Shown in pieces: positions 57,980-64,000 of a stretch of 64,000 bases of DNA; the first letter of the stretch is position 1, and every line of letters begins with the position of its first letter. Location of the stretch: assembly GCA_963727485.1 (NCBI GenBank), contig CAVSGM010000002.1, positions 640,001 through 704,000 of the forward strand, read 5' to 3'. A model generated the notes under the pieces. It had not been told where the DNA came from and ran no database searches. It worked only from the letters and a program-made list of their open reading frames with translations. A program made the position numbers and the translations under genes. This DNA is from an uncultured delta proteobacterium. Lineage in GTDB: Bacteria > Myxococcota > Myxococcia > SLRQ01.

Positions 57980-58903
57980 TCAGCCCTCGAGGGCGCCCAC
58001 CAGGTCGGCGACCCGCCCCACCCCGGTCTCGGCGCAGTACCGGGCGATCCCCTCGGCGATGGTCACCGGCGCCCCGGGGTCCGAGAAGCACACCGTCCCC
58101 ACCTGCACCGCCACCGCCCCGGCGAGGAGGAACTGGACCGCGTCGGTCCAGGTGGCGATCCCGCCGATGCCCACCACCGGCACCGCCACCGCCCGGCTCA
58201 CCAGGTTCACCATCCGCAGGGCCAGGGGCTTGATCGCCGGCCCCGAGAGGCCGCCGGTGCGGTTGGCGAGGACCGGCCGCCGGGTGGCCACGTCGATGTC
58301 CATGCCGCTGATGGTGTTGATCAGGGTCAGCCCGTCGGCCCCGGCGTCCTGCACCGCCTTGGCCACCTCGACGATGCGATCCCCGGCGTTGGGGGAGAGC
58401 TTGACCAGGAGGGGCTTGCGCGTGGCGGCCCGGGCGGCGGCGGTGACCTTGGCGGCCATCGCCGGATCGGTGCCGAACTCCACGCCCCCGGCCTTCACGT
58501 TGGGGCAGGAGATGTTCAGCTCCACCGCGTCGATGCGCCCGCAGGCCTCGCTGCGCCGGCACAGCTCCGCGTACTCGTCGATCTTCACCCCGAAGAGGTT
58601 GGCGACGACCGCGGTGTCCACACCCTCGAGCAGCGGCGCCTTCTCGGCGACGAAGGCGTCGATGCCCACGTTCTCCAGGCCGATGGCGTTGAGCATCCCC
58701 GCCGCGGTCTCCCGGATCCGCGGGGGCGCGTTGCCGGGCCGGGGCTTGAGCGAGAGGCCCTTGGTGCACAGGCCGCCGAGGGCGGTGACGTCGCAGAGCC
58801 CCGCGTACTCGGTCCCGTAGCCGAAGCAGCCGCTGGCGGTGAGCACCGGGTTCTTCAGTCGCAGCCCGGCGAGGGTCACGGAGGTGTCGACCGGGGCGCT
58901 CAT
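57980..58903 (-). CDS. pyrD: Dihydroorotate dehydrogenase family 1B, catalytic subunit
   Basis: LKNPVLTASGCFGYG, GMLNAIGLEN, ELNISCPNV, VKLSPN, GGLSGPAIKP. Confidence 0.95.
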   Translation of the reverse strand: MSAPVDTSVTLAGLRLKNPVLTASGCFGYGTEYAGLCDVTALGGLCTKGLSLKPRPGNAPPRIRETAAGMLNAIGLENVGIDAFVAEKAPLLEGVDTAVVANLFGVKIDEYAELCRRSEACGRIDAVELNISCPNVKAGGVEFGTDPAMAAKVTAAARAATRKPLLVKLSPNAGDRIVEVAKAVQDAGADGLTLINTISGMDIDVATRRPVLANRTGGLSGPAIKPLALRMVNLVSRAVAVPVVGIGGIATWTDAVQFLLAGAVAVQVGTVCFSDPGAPVTIAEGIARYCAETGVGRVADLVGALEG

Positions 58904-59709
58904 CCGTAGATCTCCTCGGCGGGGAACACGGGCCCGTCGGTGCACACCATCTTGTAGCCCCCGGCGGCGACCGGCACCGCGCACCCCCGGCACACCCCGA
59001 TGCCGCAGGCCATGGGCGCCTCCACCGAGACCAGGCACCGGACCGCGTGGGCCCGGGCGACTCCGGCGGCGGCGGCGAGCATCCCCTCGGGGCCGCAGGC
59101 GTAGACCGTGGCTCCGGCCACCGTGTGCCCGGCGAGCCACCGGTCGAGGGCGGCGACGTTGGTCCCCCGCTCGCCCACCGAGCCGTCGTCGGTGGCCAGG
59201 TGGACCTCGGAGCCCGCGGCCTCGAAGCGGTCGACCAGGTGGAGGTGCGCCCCGGATCGCCCACCGTAGAAGGCGTGGACCTCTCGGCCGGTGCCGGCGA
59301 GGGCCTCGGCGAGGTCGAGGAGCGGCGGCATCCCCACCCCCCCGGCGACCAGGAGCACCGCGCCGGACCCGGGGGCCGGCCAGGGACGGCCCAGCGGCGC
59401 CACCAGGGTCAGGCGGTCGCCCGGGCGCCCGGCCGCGAGGAGCGCCGTCCCCCGCCCCACCACCCGGTAGAAGACCTCGACGGTGCCCGCCACCGCGTCG
59501 CGCCGGAGGAACGAGAAGGGCCGGAGGAGGAGCGGGTCGACCAGCGGCTCCCGGCGGGGGCGCACGCCCAGGAGGCCGAACTGCCCGGCCTCGGCGTCCC
59601 GGGCGACCTCGGGGGCCTCGAGGACCAGGCGGTGGTAGTCGCCGCCGAGGGCCACCTGCTCGAGGATCGGGGCGTCCACCTGGTGGCGTGGGGCGGCCAG
59701 GGCGGTCAC
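58900..59709 (-). CDS. pyrK: Dihydroorotate dehydrogenase electron transfer subunit
   Basis: GQF, L.RPFS, VGRGT, VAGGVG.PP, ACGPEGM, E..MACG.G.C.GC, VC.DGPVF. Confidence 0.93.
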   Translation of the reverse strand: MTALAAPRHQVDAPILEQVALGGDYHRLVLEAPEVARDAEAGQFGLLGVRPRREPLVDPLLLRPFSFLRRDAVAGTVEVFYRVVGRGTALLAAGRPGDRLTLVAPLGRPWPAPGSGAVLLVAGGVGMPPLLDLAEALAGTGREVHAFYGGRSGAHLHLVDRFEAAGSEVHLATDDGSVGERGTNVAALDRWLAGHTVAGATVYACGPEGMLAAAAGVARAHAVRCLVSVEAPMACGIGVCRGCAVPVAAGGYKMVCTDGPVFPAEEIYG

Positions 59710-60167
59710 AGGGCGAGCTCCATGAGGACGGCGTCCTCGCGATCGGGGACGTAGTACCGGGGGCGGATGCCGGTGGCGGCGAAGCCGTGGGCCCGGTAGA
59801 GGGCCTGGGCCCCGGCGTTGGACCGGCGCACCTCGAGGAGCACCCGCACCGCCTGGTGACGCCGGGCGCCGTCGAGGAGGCCCGCGAGGAGCGCGGTGGC
59901 CACCCCCTGGCGCTGGTGGTCGGGGTCCACGGCGACGTCGAGGAGGTGGACCTCGTCCTGGATGGTCCAGAACACCGCGAAGCCCACAGGCGCCCCACCC
60001 CGGCCCTCGGCGACCAGGAGGGTGGACCAGTCGTGGTCGAGCTCCCGGGCGAGGAGGTCCTTCGACCAGGGGTGCTCGAAGGCCCGGGTCTCGATGGCCA
60101 TCAGCGCCGGGAGATCGCCCGGACGCGCCGGGCGGATCGTGAAGCGCTGGCGCACCGGAGGACTCAT
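59706..60167 (-). CDS. rimI: Ribosomal protein S18 alanine N-acetyltransferase
   Basis: IE..AF..PWS, DEVHLL.VAV.P..QRQG.A, LEVR.SN..AQ.LY...GF...G.R..YY...EDA..M. Confidence 0.92.
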   Translation of the reverse strand: MSPPVRQRFTIRPARPGDLPALMAIETRAFEHPWSKDLLARELDHDWSTLLVAEGRGGAPVGFAVFWTIQDEVHLLDVAVDPDHQRQGVATALLAGLLDGARRHQAVRVLLEVRRSNAGAQALYRAHGFAATGIRPRYYVPDREDAVLMELAL

Positions 60168-60913
60168 GGCGGGGCGTTCGATAGCACCCCGGCGGCGCTC
60201 TTCGCAATCGGGGGAGGTGCCACCGCCGGGAACGCCGCCGGGGTGGAGAGCACCCGGACCCGGGCCCGATCCCGGAGCTCCTTGACCATCCGCCGCACCG
60301 CCGCCTCGTAGTGCTGCTTGAACAGGTAGCTGCGGACCACGTCCCGGACCTTCGCCAGGGGACGGCCTTCGAAGTCGGCGCGGTGGGCCTGGTAGTAGGC
60401 GGCGACCTCCGCGTCGGTGACGTGGACGGTGAGCTTCACCCGGCTGTCGACGTAGCGCTTGACCCGGAGGTTGCGCCGGAACACGGCGGCGATGCGCTCG
60501 GGGGTGACGTCCTGGGACGCGAGCCAGGCCTCCCAGGTGGCCCGGTCGGGGAAGCGGTGCTCGAAGCGGTCGACGGCCCGGCTCACGTCGTCGGAGGGCA
60601 CCTGGAAGACCTGGAGCCGCTCGGCCTCGGCCACGATGAGCATCTGGTTGATGACGTAGTCGAGGACCGAGGCCACGGTGTCGGCGTCGATGCGCCCGAA
60701 GGCGGCCTTCATGCCCCCGCCGGAGACCAGCGCCACCCGGGCCTCGAGCTCGAGGTCCGAGCGGGTGACGGTCTTGTCGCCGACCACCAGGACCACGTCG
60801 TCCACCAGCCGGCCGAGGGGATCGGTGGCGACGCCTCCGTCGGCCTCGGCCCGCACCCCGGCCGCCGGGGCGATCCCGAGCACCAGGGTGAGGACGCAGG
60901 CGACACGGCGCAT
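60164..60913 (-). CDS. SurA N-terminal-domain-like periplasmic chaperone
   Basis: Signal peptide. VD.VV.VVG...VT.SDL, L..INQMLI..EA.RL, VTDAEV.AYY..H...F, LR.RA.V..L. Confidence 0.7.
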   Translation of the reverse strand: MRRVACVLTLVLGIAPAAGVRAEADGGVATDPLGRLVDDVVLVVGDKTVTRSDLELEARVALVSGGGMKAAFGRIDADTVASVLDYVINQMLIVAEAERLQVFQVPSDDVSRAVDRFEHRFPDRATWEAWLASQDVTPERIAAVFRRNLRVKRYVDSRVKLTVHVTDAEVAAYYQAHRADFEGRPLAKVRDVVRSYLFKQHYEAAVRRMVKELRDRARVRVLSTPAAFPAVAPPPIAKSAAGVLSNAPP

Positions 60914-60923
60914 CGCCGGGATG

Positions 60924-63248
60924 CTACCCCGGATCGCCCGGCTTCTCACCCGTGCCCTTGTCGGCCGCCGCCAGCAGGGCCTCGAGGCGCTGCTCCACCT
61001 GGGGATCGAGGGACTTGAGGTGCACGTCCAGCTGGGGGAAGGCGATCTCGATGCCCAGCCGGCGGAAGGCGGCGTCGATGGCGAAGTGGAGGTCGCTGGC
61101 GATGCGGAACCGGTCCTGCTGGTCGTCGATCCAGACCAGGAGCTCGAAGTCGAGGCTGGAGTCGCCGAAGTTCTTGAACTGCACCTCCGGCGCCGGCTTC
61201 TTGAGGACCTTGCCGTGGCGGTCGGCGACCTGGAGGAGCGCCTTGCGCACCAGGTCCGTGTCCGACCCGTAGGCGACGCCCACCACCGTCCGCAGGCGCA
61301 CCCGGGGGTCGCCGTGGGACCAGTTGGTCACCCGACCGCCGACGAAGGCGCTGTTGGGGATGATGACCGAGATGTTGTCCCGGGTGACCACGGTGGTGGA
61401 CCGGGCGCGGATCTGGCGCACCTGCCCCTCGAGGGTGCCGTCGATGTCGATGTAGTCGCCGATCTTGATGGGCCGCTCGGCGAGGATGATGAGGCCGCTG
61501 ATGAAGTTCTCGGCGATGTTGCGCAGGCCGAAGCCGATGCCGATGCCGAGGACCGAGGCGAAGAGGGCGAGCGACGAGAGGCCGATGCCCACGAAGCGCA
61601 GGCCGAGGAAGAAGCCCACCGCCAGGATGAGGTAGTGGGTGACGGTGTTCAGGGCGTTGGTGAGCCCCGAGTCCCAGTCGAAGGCCGGCCAGAGGCGCGT
61701 GGAGAGAAAGCGCCGCAGGGCCCGGGAGACCACGATGGCGAGGATGAGCGCCGCCACCAGCTTGGCGATCGACACCAGGCTCACCGGCTGGTCGTCGACC
61801 AGGAAGAGCGGCGAGGCCAGCTGCTCCAGGGCCTGCTTCACCGTGACGTCGAGGCCGAACGCCCACCAGACGATGACCGCGGCGGCGCCCACCACCACCA
61901 CCAGGGCCCAGGACAGGGTCACGGCGATGTCGAGCTTCGCGGCGGAGCGGCTGGTGAGCTTCAGGCGCTTGCCCAGGGCCCCCTCGCTCACGGCGAGCAG
62001 GTGGATGAACCGCTGGCCATAGTAGATGAGCAGGAGGCCGAGGATGGCGACCAGCACCGCCCGGAACCAGGCGAGCCAGCGGGGCACGGGCTTGGGGGCG
62101 CCGAGGCGCTCGGTGACGGTCTCGGCGAGGATCCGGGCGTCTCCGAGGCTGCGCTCGGCCTGCTTCAGGGCGTCATCGGCCTCCCGGAGGCGCCGCTGGG
62201 CGGTGCTGGCGCGGCCGCCGGCGGCCCGGAGGGTGGCGAGGTCGCCCTCGAGGTCGGCGCGCTTCTGGGCCAGGGCGGCGAGGCGGGCGGCGAGCGGGGT
62301 GACCTGGAGCTCGCCGGCCGCCGGGGTGCGGTGGGTGGCCAGGGCCCGGGCGGCGGCGAGGTGGACCCGGGCGGCGGTGACCTCGGCCTTCGCGGCGTCG
62401 ATACGGGCGTCGCCGAGGCGGTCGGCGGCGGTGCCCTCGGTGCCCCCGTCGCCCTCGCCCCGGGACGGGAGGCGGGCGAGGCGGCGCTCGGCGGCGCGCA
62501 CGGCCTCCTCGGCGTCCTTGAGGGCCTGGGGGGTGACGCGCAGGGCCGCCCACCAGGCGTCGGCGCGGATGCGGAGGCGGCGGGCCTGGGCCTGGGCCTC
62601 GAGGGCGTGGGCCCGGGCGAGGGCGGCGCGGGCGACCTGGAGACGGGCGCTCTCGGCGGTGAGATGGGCCTTCGGCGAGGCGTCGGCGCCGGCGCCGGCG
62701 ACCTCCAGGTCGAGCTGCCCGGTGCCCGCGGCCTCGGCGGCGGTCCCGGCCTCGCGCTCGGCGGCCCGGGCCGAGCGCTCCAGGGCCACCACCGCGTCGA
62801 GGTCCTGGACCGACGCCGGCGCCTGGGGGCGGGCCTCGGCGATGGCCTCGGCCTTCCGGGCGGCGGCCGCGCCCTGCTGGAGGAGGTCCTGCTCCTCCTT
62901 GAGGGCCGCCTGGAGCTGCGCCAGGGCGGGGTCGGTGCCCCGCGCCGGGGCGGCCACGCCCCCGTCGGTCGCCAGCGCCGGGGCGCCGGCCCGGAGGGTG
63001 GCGTGGAGCGCGGCGAGGGCGCCCTGGATCTGGGGCCGGCGCTTCTCCAGGTGGGCCTCGAGCTGACGGGCCAGGGCCCGGGCCGAGTCGGCGATCCCGT
63101 TGCTCCCGGCGAGGCGCAGGTGGGGCGCCCCGCCGTCGCCGCCGAGGGCGGGCAGCCCGGGCACCTGGGCCCGGGCGCGCCCGGCGACGAGGGCCGCGAG
63201 GCAGAGAAGGAGCGCCCAGGTGGCGCGACGGTGTCCCCGGCCCTGCAC
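60924..63248 (-). CDS. Mechanosensitive channel MscS family with a long periplasmic coiled-coil N-terminus (MscK-like)
   Basis: LGIGIGFGL.NIA.NFISGLIIL.ERPIK.GD, I..RST...T.DN...IIPNS, VGVAYGSD, FG.SSLDFEL, GIEIAFPQ. Confidence 0.92.
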   Translation of the reverse strand: MQGRGHRRATWALLLCLAALVAGRARAQVPGLPALGGDGGAPHLRLAGSNGIADSARALARQLEAHLEKRRPQIQGALAALHATLRAGAPALATDGGVAAPARGTDPALAQLQAALKEEQDLLQQGAAAARKAEAIAEARPQAPASVQDLDAVVALERSARAAEREAGTAAEAAGTGQLDLEVAGAGADASPKAHLTAESARLQVARAALARAHALEAQAQARRLRIRADAWWAALRVTPQALKDAEEAVRAAERRLARLPSRGEGDGGTEGTAADRLGDARIDAAKAEVTAARVHLAAARALATHRTPAAGELQVTPLAARLAALAQKRADLEGDLATLRAAGGRASTAQRRLREADDALKQAERSLGDARILAETVTERLGAPKPVPRWLAWFRAVLVAILGLLLIYYGQRFIHLLAVSEGALGKRLKLTSRSAAKLDIAVTLSWALVVVVGAAAVIVWWAFGLDVTVKQALEQLASPLFLVDDQPVSLVSIAKLVAALILAIVVSRALRRFLSTRLWPAFDWDSGLTNALNTVTHYLILAVGFFLGLRFVGIGLSSLALFASVLGIGIGFGLRNIAENFISGLIILAERPIKIGDYIDIDGTLEGQVRQIRARSTTVVTRDNISVIIPNSAFVGGRVTNWSHGDPRVRLRTVVGVAYGSDTDLVRKALLQVADRHGKVLKKPAPEVQFKNFGDSSLDFELLVWIDDQQDRFRIASDLHFAIDAAFRRLGIEIAFPQLDVHLKSLDPQVEQRLEALLAAADKGTGEKPGDPG

Positions 63249-63360
63249 GGCAGAAGCCTAGCCGGAGGCCGCCCTCACCGCCAGAAGCCGGCCCCGGTCC
63301 CCCGCGGGGGTCTGTTGCCACGGCGGGGGGCGTGGTTACCTGGGGAAGGGAGAATCGCAC

Positions 63361-64000
63361 ATGGCGTCCAAGAACCTCTACGCGGTGCTCGGTGTCTCCA
63401 AGGGCGCCTCGGCCGATGAGCTCAAGAAGGCGTACCGGAAGCTCGCCCGGAAGTACCACCCGGACGTGAACCCCGGAGACGCCACCGCCGAGGAGCACTT
63501 CAAGGAGATCAGCGCGGCCTTCGAGGTCCTCTCCAATCCGGAGAAGCGCGCCCTCTACGACGAGCTGGGCGAGGACGCCGCCAAGATCGGCTTCGACCCG
63601 GAGAAGGCCAAGGCCTACCGGCAGTGGAAGGCCCAGGCCCAGGCCGCCGGGGGCCCGGGGGGAGGCGGCTTCGACCTCGGCGACCTCTTCACCGGCGGCG
63701 GCCCCGGTGGGGCGCGGCCCGGCGGCGGCGGGGGGTTCAACTTCGATCTCGGGGACATCTTCGGCGACCTCTTCGGCGGCCGGCGCAAGCGCGGCGGGCC
63801 GGGCCCCACCCCGGCCGCCTCCCGGGGCGCCGACGTGGAGAGCGCGCTCACCATCTCCTTCCGGGAGGCGATCCTCGGAGGCGAGCGGGAGGTGGCCCTC
63901 CAGCGACCGGGCCCCTGCGGCAGCTGCCAGGGCACCGGCCTCCGCGCCGGGGCCCGGCCCCAGCCCTGCGACGCCTGTGGAGGCACCGGCCGCACCCAGG
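63361..64000 (+). CDS. dnaJ: DnaJ-family chaperone, 3'-truncated by the window edge
   Basis: My translation from ATG 63361 is [39 protein letters not shown] (HPD motif), then a G/F-rich region and CxxCxGxG repeats. Missing from the ORF track because there is no stop. Confidence 0.92.
   Translation, partial: MASKNLYAVLGVSKGASADELKKAYRKLARKYHPDVNPGDATAEEHFKEISAAFEVLSNPEKRALYDELGEDAAKIGFDPEKAKAYRQWKAQAQAAGGPGGGGFDLGDLFTGGGPGGARPGGGGGFNFDLGDIFGDLFGGRRKRGGPGPTPAASRGADVESALTISFREAILGGEREVALQRPGPCGSCQGTGLRAGARPQPCDACGGTGRTQ

Overview
A very GC-rich chromosomal window, almost certainly from a Myxococcota (myxobacteria-like) bacterium. The evidence is two MYXO-CTERM proteins, a tgl locus, MopE-like and TSP3 repeat proteins and DGG linkers. 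It holds about 47 tightly packed genes. Housekeeping genes include menB, ppdK, glyQ/glyS, recO, pyrD/pyrK, rimI and a partial dnaJ. There are two tripartite RND efflux systems (one MarR-controlled, one two-component-controlled), redox, detox and repair genes (IYD-like nitroreductase, flavoprotein disulfide reductase, ArsC-family, ATL), a SWIM-SNF2 helicase, a GspE-N/GAF adenylate cyclase, and many large Cys-rich or repeat surface proteins and lipoproteins. I found no rRNA, tRNA, CRISPR array, transposase, integrase or phage gene. At least 11 single-base indels break 7 genes, including essential glyS, so this looks like an error-containing long-read assembly. Five of these indels are +1 insertions inside GATCC, a possible methylation fingerprint. 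The best biological leads are: an iodotyrosine-deiodinase homologue next to a candidate reductase; a MYXO-CTERM glycan-binding/hydrolase pair between recO and glyQ; a Cys-rich PEGA/TSP3/beta-barrel islet; histone-H1-like tails on PPDK and a phasin; and widespread leaderless-type promoters. All product calls come from motif recognition by eye, with no database searches.
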